Assembly (NCBI GenBank): GCA_964354405.1
Contig: CAYGZP010000001.1
Coordinates: forward strand, 336,134 to 360,133
Length of the DNA: 24,000 bases
Direction of reading: 5' to 3'
DNA from: Candidatus Woesearchaeota archaeon
GTDB lineage: Archaea; Nanobdellota; Nanobdellia; Pacearchaeales; UBA284
How positions within the stretch are numbered: position 1 is the stretch's first letter; the number at the start of each line of letters is the position of its first letter. A program made the translations under genes and the position numbers. Positions 14,247 to 21,626 of this stretch are shown piece after piece. The notes beneath the pieces are model-generated. The model was not told the origin of the DNA and did no database searches. It saw only the letters and a list, made by a program, of their open reading frames with translations.

Positions 14247-14534
14247 ATGGTAAAAGATATGACTATTTATATAGGGGCATGTCAAGCGAGCGATATTTCA
14301 AATAAACAATATAATCTTATTATACTAAAAGTGATGGAAGCGAGTGGTCTCAAATATGATTTTTGTCCTAAAACAGACCGTGCACACGGAATGAGCCAGA
14401 TAGAATTGCATTTAGAAAACGGAGATTATGAAAAACATAGAGCCATTGCAAGAGATTTGGATTCTAAATTAAAATCCCAGGGAATTAAGGTCAAGAATAT
14501 TCTTGATTTCCGTGGGAAATCTATATTGAGATAA
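14247..14534 (+). CDS. Hypothetical 95-aa protein encoded between rfcS and rfcL
   Basis: A strong SD, GAGGTGA (14236-14242), overlaps the rfcS stop 4 nt upstream of the ATG. I recognise no family. Confidence 0.55.
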   Translation: MVKDMTIYIGACQASDISNKQYNLIILKVMEASGLKYDFCPKTDRAHGMSQIELHLENGDYEKHRAIARDLDSKLKSQGIKVKNILDFRGKSILR

Positions 14535-14549
14535 ACCTATCAAATAAAA

Positions 14550-15743
14550 ATGTTGCCGTTAACTGAGAAACACAAGCCGAAATTTGACGAGATTGCATGC
14601 TCGCAGGAAGCTAAATCAGCTCTCAAAGCATTCATTCTCGAGTTTCAGAAGCAAAAAAAGAAAGCATGCTTGCTCTTTGGCCCAAGCGGCTGTGGCAAGA
14701 CTTCTTCGATATATGCGCTTGCTTCGCAACTCAGCTATGAAGTCATTGAGCTTAATGCTTCTGACTTTAGGAACAAACAAGAGATTCATGAAATTGTAGG
14801 AAAAGCCTCTCAACAGCAAAGTTTGTTCAGTAAAGGCAAGATTATTTTGATAGATGAATTAGAAGGGATAAGCGGAAATAAAGACAGGGGAGGAATCCAA
14901 GAAGTTGTAAGATTAATAGAACTCACATCATGGCCCATAGTTCTCATAGCAAATGATGCATGGCAGCAGAAATTGCGTCCATTACGCTCCAAATCATTGT
15001 TGATAGAATTCAAAAAGACAGACAAGACAGCAGTTGCCAGGGCTCTCGCGAAAATCGCAGCAAAAGAAAAAATTTCCGCGAGTTTGGAGATACTTGAGGC
15101 AATAGCTCTTGTGAATAATTGTGATGTTCGCGCATCGATTAATGATTTGCAGATGCTCGCTGCGCTGAAAAAACCTTTAAGCAAACTTGATGTTGCTTCA
15201 TTACATGTCCGAGAGAAAGACGAAAGCATTTTCAAAGCATTGCAGACAGTTCTCAAATCAAAAGCCACAACAAATGTATTTGATAATGTTCAGAACATGG
15301 ATCATGATGACTTTTTCTTATGGCTCGATGAAAATATCCCTCGTGAATATAGTGGCCAAGAGCTTGTGAATGCTTATGAAGCTCTGAGCAAGGCAGATGT
15401 TTTTCGCGGAAGAATAAGAAGATGGCAGCATTGGAGGTTTCTTGTATATATCATGGCTTTGCTGACTTATGGCGTTTCAAATGCCAAGAAAGAATCGCGC
15501 AACGGATTCACATCATACAAGCCCCCATCTAGAATTCTAAAGATGTGGCTCGCAAAACAAAAACAGCTCGAGAGGCTTAGCATTGCAGAGAAATTGGCAA
15601 AAGCTACTCATTCATCAAAGAAAGCAGCAAAAAAAGAAATTGATTATTTGAAGCCCGCGTTCAATTCAGCATCAAAAATCCAAGCTCTTGCTAACGAACT
15701 CAAGTTAGAGGAAAAAGAGATTGAATGGCTAAAAGCAGGATAA
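14550..15743 (+). CDS. rfcL: Replication factor C large subunit
   Basis: Motifs LTEKHKPKFDEI, Walker A GPSGCGKTS, ELNASDFR and Walker B ILIDELEG are present, followed by a helical lid and a basic C-terminal tail. It is adjacent to rfcS. Confidence 0.85.
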   Translation: MLPLTEKHKPKFDEIACSQEAKSALKAFILEFQKQKKKACLLFGPSGCGKTSSIYALASQLSYEVIELNASDFRNKQEIHEIVGKASQQQSLFSKGKIILIDELEGISGNKDRGGIQEVVRLIELTSWPIVLIANDAWQQKLRPLRSKSLLIEFKKTDKTAVARALAKIAAKEKISASLEILEAIALVNNCDVRASINDLQMLAALKKPLSKLDVASLHVREKDESIFKALQTVLKSKATTNVFDNVQNMDHDDFFLWLDENIPREYSGQELVNAYEALSKADVFRGRIRRWQHWRFLVYIMALLTYGVSNAKKESRNGFTSYKPPSRILKMWLAKQKQLERLSIAEKLAKATHSSKKAAKKEIDYLKPAFNSASKIQALANELKLEEKEIEWLKAG

Positions 15744-15773
15744 AATATTTTTTTATTCTCACTTACTTTTAAT

Positions 15774-16046
15774 TTAAACTAAGAAAGCTTTTACAAGAAC
15801 TACAATTATAATAATCAAAACAACCGCTCCGAGGATGAATGGCCATGCCGGTGTTTGTTTTACAATAGGAATCTCTGCCTGTTTTATCTCAACTATCTCT
15901 GGCCTTGGCTCAACTTTCACTGGAGTTGGCTTAAGATATTCCTTGACTTTAAATCCGCATTTAGAGCACACATGTCGGATATGAGAACCGGTATCATAAT
16001 ACTTTACCTCTAATGACTTGCCGCACCATTGACAATTGTTTGCCAT
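15774..16046 (-). CDS. Tail-anchored zinc-ribbon protein
   Basis: The N-terminus has CQWC...17 aa...CSKC. The C-terminal TM helix is WPFILGAVVLIIIIVVLVKAFLV. Confidence 0.6.
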   Translation of the reverse strand: MANNCQWCGKSLEVKYYDTGSHIRHVCSKCGFKVKEYLKPTPVKVEPRPEIVEIKQAEIPIVKQTPAWPFILGAVVLIIIIVVLVKAFLV

Positions 16047-16153
16047 AGAATTCTTGATATTGTTTAATATTTAAATCTTTTGCCATAATAATCTATATAT
16101 TTCAATACAATATTTAAAGTTAGATTTAAATAATTCATAAGCTTAATTTCATT

Positions 16154-16591
16154 ATGATTCCTAAAGGAAAAGCGATAAAGCTCTATAAGGGCAAGGAAAA
16201 GATAAAAAGATTGATTGAAGAGTTCACAAAAGCGCAGAAAAAAGGTGATATTGTCTACGCGTTTGGTTATGAAGACAAGTTTGACAGTGCTCTCGGCAAG
16301 GGATGGTGGCGAGATTTGAAAAAAGTCAAAAGCGCGCATACAAAGTTTCAGGGAGTTTTCTCATGGCACGCTCGCTCAAGAAAACCTTCGCAGACAAGAG
16401 CAAAAATAAGATACATTAAAGCAGGCAAGGGCAATATTGAAGTTGCAATTTACAAAGACAGTGTGCGGGTGTTTGTATTGACAAAGAAAAATCCATATGC
16501 CATATTAATCAAAGATGCTGAAGTTGCCAAGGGTTTTAAAAATTACTGGAAGTTCTTGTGGCAATGCGGAAAAGAAGCTAAGAAAAAGTAA
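16154..16591 (+). CDS. Hypothetical basic protein (145 aa)
   Basis: ATG start, with TTTAAATA about 25 nt upstream. The C-terminal YAILIKDAEVAKGFKNYWKFLW is faintly reminiscent of TrmB-type regulator C-terminal domains, but no HTH is seen. Confidence 0.5.
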   Translation: MIPKGKAIKLYKGKEKIKRLIEEFTKAQKKGDIVYAFGYEDKFDSALGKGWWRDLKKVKSAHTKFQGVFSWHARSRKPSQTRAKIRYIKAGKGNIEVAIYKDSVRVFVLTKKNPYAILIKDAEVAKGFKNYWKFLWQCGKEAKKK

Positions 16592-16668
16592 AGCTAAGAA
16601 AAATTAAAAGTATAATACACCACAAGAAATCTTTTAAACCTCATTTCTTTTGGTCTATTTAGTCTAAA

Positions 16669-17130
16669 ATGCAAGAAAAAAGAAGGTTAGGGGCGAGGAA
16701 GAAAGCAAAATATGGATTGAGCTGCGGGGTTGTTATCTTTAATATCAATAAAAAAAAGCCCGAGTATCTATTAGTGAAATATCCAACTTATTGGGGCTTT
16801 GTTCGAGGGCAAGTCGAGCCCGGAGAAACCGAAGAGCTCACAGCGTTTCGCGAAGCAGTAGAAGAAGCGGGCTTGCGCGATTTAATTTTCGTTCCGGGCT
16901 TTCGTGAAGCAAGCAGTTATTTCTTTAAGAGGGGAGAAGAGATGATAAGAAAAGATGATGTCTACTTGCTCGCTAAAACAGCAACATGGAATGTAAAGAT
17001 AAGCCATGAGCACGAGAATATAAAATGGGCCAGTTTTGAAGAAGCCCTGGTTTTGATGAAGCACAAAGCAATGCGCGATATCGTCACAAAAGCGCATTAT
17101 CTTATCAACACTCACATGAAGATTTGGTGA
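16669..17130 (+). CDS. NUDIX hydrolase
   Basis: The Nudix box GQVEPGETEELTAFREAVEEAGL fits GX5EX7REUXEEXGU. Confidence 0.85.
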   Translation: MQEKRRLGARKKAKYGLSCGVVIFNINKKKPEYLLVKYPTYWGFVRGQVEPGETEELTAFREAVEEAGLRDLIFVPGFREASSYFFKRGEEMIRKDDVYLLAKTATWNVKISHEHENIKWASFEEALVLMKHKAMRDIVTKAHYLINTHMKIW

Positions 17131-17142
17131 GCTGGTGAAAAA

Positions 17143-17427
17143 ATGACAGAAGGATGTATTGACAAAAAAGTAAGGGAGATTTTTAGTATAATTGATAAAG
17201 CCACCAAGAAATTTAAAATAAAGAAAGAATATATCTTAATTAGGCTCGAGTCAGGAAATCCCGCATATAGCGCGAAGATTCGTATCTCTAACAATGAAAT
17301 GCCAATCGCGAACAGAAAATTTTTGAATTATGTACAATCAAAAATAACCAAGAAATTCAAAGATATCTCGTCAGTGAATTATGACGCAAACATATACAAG
17401 CGGAATGAAGAAGGAATCCCGTTTTAA
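17143..17427 (+). CDS. Hypothetical 94-aa protein, co-transcribed with the NUDIX gene
   Basis: A tandem GGTGA SD (ttGGTGAgctGGTGAaaaaATG) spans the NUDIX stop. I recognise no family. Confidence 0.5.
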   Translation: MTEGCIDKKVREIFSIIDKATKKFKIKKEYILIRLESGNPAYSAKIRISNNEMPIANRKFLNYVQSKITKKFKDISSVNYDANIYKRNEEGIPF

Positions 17428-17574
17428 TATAATTTTTTCAAAACCCCTTTTTTGTTAGTTATTTCGCTTAAATCACATTTTATTAGATTATATTCTATTC
17501 ATTATATTTTTTTCTCATAATGCTTATATATCAGCGCGAGCTAAGAAAAACAAGCTAGCTGAGAAAAAAGGCAA

Positions 17575-17607
17575 TTTTTGTCCTTCCTGGGAAAGAGGGG
17601 ACAAAAA
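17575..17607. terminator. 9-bp inverted repeat (TTTTTGTCC / GGACAAAAA) with T-runs on both strands, between convergent genes
   Basis: The perfect stem spans 17575-17583 and 17599-17607, with a 15-nt loop. The minus strand follows it with TTGCCTTTTTT, and the plus strand has CTCTTTTT at 17623-17630. Confidence 0.4.
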
Positions 17608-17635
17608 GGGGTGTTCTTTACACTCTTTTTATCTT

Positions 17636-18823
17636 CTATTTGGTCATTATTCTGATTATATCATCGTTCTTTAACTGATATTCCTTAGAAAGTCTCTTGT
17701 GGCTTCTCGCATCTATTGCAGCGACAAACTTGTTTCCTATGTCTGTGTGGATAGCGAAAGCAAGTTCTAAAGCAGTCGAACCTTGTGGCAAAAGTATTGC
17801 ATCAGGCAAAATGTTTCCTTTGCCATCACTGAAATGATTTTCATTTTCAACAGGATAAGCGACAATATATTTCAATAAAGAAAAGAGAGCTTCATTCAAG
17901 CATTGTTGTACTCCTGTGGCTCCGTAATTCTCAAATATCTTGTCTTTGATAAACTGTAATCCCTTCTTCTGCTGCTCATTTAACGCGTTATCGTTAACAC
18001 TGAATTTGTTTTCTCCGGCAACATAATTTATTTTTCCATCTCGCGCAGCCTCTCTCAAAGCGAGCTCGCTCTCTGCAGAGCAAGGAATCACAAGCAGCTC
18101 GGGAAATTCTTTTCTTAACTTTTCAATGTTTTCTTGAGCCTTAGGCATATCGCTTTTATTTGCCGCGATTATTAAAGGCTTGCTAAGTTTTCTCAACTTG
18201 TGGACAAATTCAAAAAGTTTCTCATCTTTCCATGTCGCAAAATTCTCATTCAAATTGCAATTTCTCATCGCTTCTTTAACCATATTGACTGTTATCTTCA
18301 ATCCAGAAAACTGATTTGCGAGGATGTCAACAGGTTTTTCCTCTGAAATTTGCGCCTTTCTCGCGAGCACTTTCCAATTCTCCCCGACAATGCCATAAAA
18401 CCACTGGTCAATCTCATCCTCAAGAAATCTGACATCATGACAAGGATCATAGTTTTCTGTAGGCTTACCTTCTTCATTTGTCAGGCCGCTCGCATCAACA
18501 ACATGAATTAAAACATCAGCCTGTCTCAAATCATCCAAGAATTTATTTCCTAAACCCTTGCCCAAATGCGCTCCTGGAACTAATCCAGCAACGTCGAGAA
18601 GCTTGACAGGGATGAAGCGATTGCCCTCAATGCAAAAGCCATGATTTGGCTTGCATTTTATTTTTAATTCAACATCCTGGCACTTTACTTTCACGAAGCC
18701 CACTCCCTCATTTGCTTTTATTGTTGTAAAAGGATAATTTGCTATAGCGACTTCAGCGAGAGTCGAGGCTTTGAAAAAAGTTGATTTTCCAGTATTGGGC
18801 TTACCAACCACTCCTATTAACAT
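17636..18823 (-). CDS. YchF/OLA1-family P-loop GTPase/ATPase (archaeal YGR210-like type)
   Basis: G1 GKPNTGKST, G2-region YPFTTI, G3 DVAGLV, NKSD, and a C-terminal TGS-like end (LKNDDIIRI). Confidence 0.85.
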   Translation of the reverse strand: MLIGVVGKPNTGKSTFFKASTLAEVAIANYPFTTIKANEGVGFVKVKCQDVELKIKCKPNHGFCIEGNRFIPVKLLDVAGLVPGAHLGKGLGNKFLDDLRQADVLIHVVDASGLTNEEGKPTENYDPCHDVRFLEDEIDQWFYGIVGENWKVLARKAQISEEKPVDILANQFSGLKITVNMVKEAMRNCNLNENFATWKDEKLFEFVHKLRKLSKPLIIAANKSDMPKAQENIEKLRKEFPELLVIPCSAESELALREAARDGKINYVAGENKFSVNDNALNEQQKKGLQFIKDKIFENYGATGVQQCLNEALFSLLKYIVAYPVENENHFSDGKGNILPDAILLPQGSTALELAFAIHTDIGNKFVAAIDARSHKRLSKEYQLKNDDIIRIMTK

Positions 18824-18853
18824 TCAAGAAACAGGGCAAAAGCATATAAAAAC

Positions 18854-18861
18854 TTTTATAA
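18854..18861 (+). promoter_or_regulatory. TATA box (TTTTATAA) for tRNA-Ile
   Basis: The box centre is ~28 nt upstream of tRNA position 1 (18886). Confidence 0.55.
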
Positions 18862-18885
18862 ATTGATTTGGCTTTGCGTTTCTAC

Positions 18886-19000
18886 GGGCCTGTAGCTCAG
18901 CCTGGTTTAGAGCAATGGTCTTATATGGCCGCAATCCAATCTCGGATTGTCAAGACTCTAAGATAGCCATAGGTCCTGGGTTCAAGTCCCAGCAGGCCCA
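18886..19000 (+). tRNA. tRNA-Ile(UAU), intron-containing (76 nt mature, no encoded CCA)
   Basis: Acceptor GGGCCUG/CAGGCCC, D arm GCUC-AGCCUGGUUUA-GAGC, anticodon stem AUGGU/GCCAU, loop C-U-UAU-A-[intron]-A, variable AGGUC, T arm CUGGG-UUCAAGU-CCCAG, discriminator A. It is followed by CTTTTCTCTT. Confidence 0.85.
18926..18964 (+). other. 39-nt tRNA-Ile intron at canonical position 37/38 with a bulge-helix-bulge-like fold
   Basis: The central 4-bp helix is CUUA (18920-23) with UAAG (18959-62). It is flanked by 3-nt bulges UAU (18924-26) and AUA (18963-65). The intron has an internal hairpin CAAUCC/GGAUUG. Confidence 0.75.
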
Positions 19001-19133
19001 CTTTTCTCTTCGCCCCTCTTTTTTTCTTTAGTGGTTTATTTTTGTTCCTTGAAAATGACAAAATTTATATATAGCTTTTTCTTTAGTTTTTGGCTAAGGA
19101 TAAGAAGTATAAGATAAGAGCAAGGTAATTAAA

Positions 19134-20342
19134 ATGACAAACAAGCTTGAAAACGAAGTACAAAGATTGCGTATTCTCTTTAATTTGCACGGCTCTATAA
19201 TGGAAATTATTAATTCTGGAGTGCCATTAAATTCTACATTACAATTAAGCCTTGAAGAAATTTGTAAGGTAACAACAGGTTCAAATACGGCAATATTTCT
19301 GCCTAATGAATCTGATGAGCTTGAAATTGTTGCTGCTACGGGAGATTATGGACATGAATTAAAAGAGAAAGCAAAATATAAAGAAAAAGGAATTGTAAGA
19401 TGGGTTTATGACAACAACGACAGTGTTTATGAGCCAGATTTTAATAATGTCGATTGGAAAACTAGAAAATATAAACCTGCACTTATAGATCTTTATCCTA
19501 AAGAAATGAATTCAGTTTTGGTTATTCCTTTAGCTTCTCCTTCTGGCAAATACGGTGTTCTTGAATTATTCAGTTCAAATAAAGAAGCATTTGACGGAGA
19601 GACTCTAGATTCCTTATTTATCACTTCTTCTACACTTGCACAAACAATACAGAATGTTAAGTTAAGAGAGATTGAAGCAAGGATGAGAGAAGAGTTAATC
19701 AATTCGAAAGAACGCGAAAGGAATCATCTCATCGATCTTTTAGGCCTCACTTATCATGCTGTTGAAAAGGAATCTATTTTAAAAGACCATTCGGCAGAAG
19801 TCGCTGGACTTAGCAAAGGATTTGCAGCATATCTTGGTTATGATAAAGATTACCAGAACAAAATATACTTAGGAGCAAGAATCCATGATGTTGGAAAATT
19901 AGAGATAGCTGGGTGGTTTAAAGGCAAGCACAGCAGAAAGAGATACAAAAAACCCGAGTTGCCAGAGATAATAAAATCTCATGCAATCCGTGGCCATGGT
20001 ATTTTGAAAGAGTATCATATTAGAGATATCTTTTATCAAAATATAGTACGAGACCATCATCAAAGATGGGATGGGGCTGGTTATCCTGCTAATGGTAAAC
20101 CTCTTAAAGGAGATGAAATCTCAACCGAAGCACAAATTGTTGGCTTGGCAGATACTTACAACGCCTTAATTTCAGAGAGGCCATATAGACAAAAAAACTT
20201 TTTAGGCTTAGGTTTGATTTGGTATGGTCCTAAGGCTTTTACAAAAGAGCAGGCACTGCAAATAATAGAACAAGGGTCAGGCACTCATTTCAATCCTGTT
20301 TTAGGAAAAAAATTCATAGAATTTGTTAAAAAAACAACATAA
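19134..20342 (+). CDS. GAF domain + HD-GYP domain protein (putative cyclic-nucleotide phosphodiesterase or sensor)
   Basis: The N-terminal GAF-like region ends ...VLVIPLASPSGKYGVLELFSS. The C-terminal motifs are HDVGK, SHAIRGH, HHQRWDGAGYP and VGLADTYNALISERPYR. Confidence 0.85.
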   Translation: MTNKLENEVQRLRILFNLHGSIMEIINSGVPLNSTLQLSLEEICKVTTGSNTAIFLPNESDELEIVAATGDYGHELKEKAKYKEKGIVRWVYDNNDSVYEPDFNNVDWKTRKYKPALIDLYPKEMNSVLVIPLASPSGKYGVLELFSSNKEAFDGETLDSLFITSSTLAQTIQNVKLREIEARMREELINSKERERNHLIDLLGLTYHAVEKESILKDHSAEVAGLSKGFAAYLGYDKDYQNKIYLGARIHDVGKLEIAGWFKGKHSRKRYKKPELPEIIKSHAIRGHGILKEYHIRDIFYQNIVRDHHQRWDGAGYPANGKPLKGDEISTEAQIVGLADTYNALISERPYRQKNFLGLGLIWYGPKAFTKEQALQIIEQGSGTHFNPVLGKKFIEFVKKTT

Positions 20343-20351
20343 TAGCAATCT

Positions 20352-20359
20352 TTTTATAT
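20352..20359 (+). promoter_or_regulatory. TATA box (TTTTATAT) for tRNA-Glu
   Basis: The box centre is ~26 nt upstream of tRNA position 1 (20382). Confidence 0.55.
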
Positions 20360-20381
20360 CATTTTTATCTTGTTCTTTAAA

Positions 20382-20454
20382 GCTCCCGTGGTGTAGAGGC
20401 CAAGCATCAAGCCCTTTCGAGGCTTGGACACGGGTTCGAATCCCGTCGGGAGCA
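20382..20454 (+). tRNA. tRNA-Glu(UUC), intron-less
   Basis: Acceptor GCUCCCG/CGGGAGC, anticodon arm AAGCC-CUUUCGA-GGCUU, T arm ACGGG-UUCGAAU-CCCGU, discriminator A. It is followed by TTTTTT. Confidence 0.95.
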
Positions 20455-20469
20455 TTTTTTATTTTAAAA

Positions 20470-21099
20470 ATGGAAAAGGAAAAAGGGGGATTAACACAAT
20501 CTCAGGGAAAGAAACTTTTGAAACTCGCTCGCAATACAATCAAATATCATTTCGCTGGCAAAGAGTTGGCTTATGCACCAGAACACAAGGAATTCAAGGA
20601 AGCTCGAGGAGTTTTTGTCACGCTCACTAAAAGTGGCGAGTTGCGCGGTTGCATCGGATTTCCTTATCCTTACAAGCCCCTTGCTGGGGCAATTGTCGAG
20701 GCTGCCAAAGCCGCAGCTTTCCAGGATCCGCGGTTCATGCCTTTGCGCAAAGAAGAGTTTGACAAGATAAAAATAGAGATTTCTGTGCTGACAATTCCTC
20801 AAGAACTCCAGGCGAGAGGACAAGACATCTTGAAAGAAATAAAAATTGGAAAAGATGGATTGATTATACAATTCTCCGGGTTCTCAGGATTACTCTTGCC
20901 TCAAGTGGCGCTTGAGTTCAGATGGAACGAGTTGCAATTTATCGAAGCGACATGCCATAAAGCTGGATTGACAAACAATGCTTGGCTCAATCCTCAATCT
21001 CGCATTTACAAATTCCAAGCTCAGATATTTTCAGAAGAAAAGAAAAAGCGAGTTAAGAAAACAATTAGTATCAAGGAAAAACCTAAGAAAAGCAAATAA
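20470..21099 (+). CDS. AMMECR1-domain protein with a Lys-rich C-terminal tail
   Basis: GVFVTLTKSGELRGCIGFPYP...AAFQDPRF...LLPQV is the AMMECR1 signature. I prefer ATG 20470, because the track start at 20323 would read through tRNA-Glu. Confidence 0.85.
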   Translation: MEKEKGGLTQSQGKKLLKLARNTIKYHFAGKELAYAPEHKEFKEARGVFVTLTKSGELRGCIGFPYPYKPLAGAIVEAAKAAAFQDPRFMPLRKEEFDKIKIEISVLTIPQELQARGQDILKEIKIGKDGLIIQFSGFSGLLLPQVALEFRWNELQFIEATCHKAGLTNNAWLNPQSRIYKFQAQIFSEEKKKRVKKTISIKEKPKKSK

Positions 21100-21112
21100 T
21101 TTTATAAGATAA

Positions 21113-21502
21113 TTAAATGACTATCTCAGGAAAAGAAACTTTGTAACAATTCAATCTGTTGAAGGATTTCATATATTTCTCATAATCTGTTATCTTCGCC
21201 AAACTATCAACTTCTTGCAAGACTCGAGTCATTATATTGACCATTTTCTCTTTCATCTCATCTTCTTTGTCTATAATAGCGGTTTCTGTGCCTGTAGTTC
21301 TCTTGATGTCATTGAAAGTTGTCATCACAAAGTTGATTACGTTTGTTCCTAAAGCAAACTGCCTGTGAATCTTGTCTTTATTGCTGAAACCTTTTACAGA
21401 AGCGGTGTATCCGAACGAGAGGTCCATGTATTTTTTGCCCAAGTTAACTGTATTGATTTTGAATTCATCAATTGTTAGTTTAGGTGGGATTATTTCAACC
21501 AT
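21113..21502 (-). CDS. Hypothetical 129-aa protein
   Basis: ATG-initiated ORF with coding-like composition, divergent from radB. I recognise no family. Confidence 0.5.
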   Translation of the reverse strand: MVEIIPPKLTIDEFKINTVNLGKKYMDLSFGYTASVKGFSNKDKIHRQFALGTNVINFVMTTFNDIKRTTGTETAIIDKEDEMKEKMVNIMTRVLQEVDSLAKITDYEKYMKSFNRLNCYKVSFPEIVI

Positions 21503-21598
21503 TTTACCTTTTTTTGTTATTTTACAATTTTCTATATTCTTACCTTTTTATAAACTTTGTTGTTTTTCATTCTATATAACTCTTTATTACAATAAACC

Positions 21599-21606
21599 TT
21601 ATAATA
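21599..21606 (+). promoter_or_regulatory. TATA box (TTATAATA) for radB
   Basis: The box centre is 26 nt upstream of ATG 21627. Confidence 0.45.
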
Positions 21607-21626
21607 AATAACGAGTTCGAGAGATA

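Noticed and set aside
17545-17630. C/D-box or H/ACA guide RNA in the long spacer (a CUGA at ~17560 and an ACA before the T-run)
   Set aside because: There is no C box (RUGAUGA), no K-turn, and no pseudouridylation pocket. The hairpin is a simple perfect stem. It is kept only as a low-interest sRNA/terminator candidate.
19094-19125. Three ATAAGA copies (ggATAAGAagtATAAGATAAGAgc) in the 5' UTR of the GAF-HD-GYP gene as a regulatory repeat
   Set aside because: These are short hexamers in an AT-rich leader, easily arising by chance, with no dyad symmetry or recognisable riboswitch architecture.
20323-20469. N-terminal extension of the AMMECR1 ORF (MLKKQHNSNLF...WCRGQASSPFEAWTRVRIPSGAFF)
   Set aside because: The extension is simply the translation of tRNA-Glu (20382-20454) and its flanks. 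The AMMECR1 domain starts after ATG 20470.
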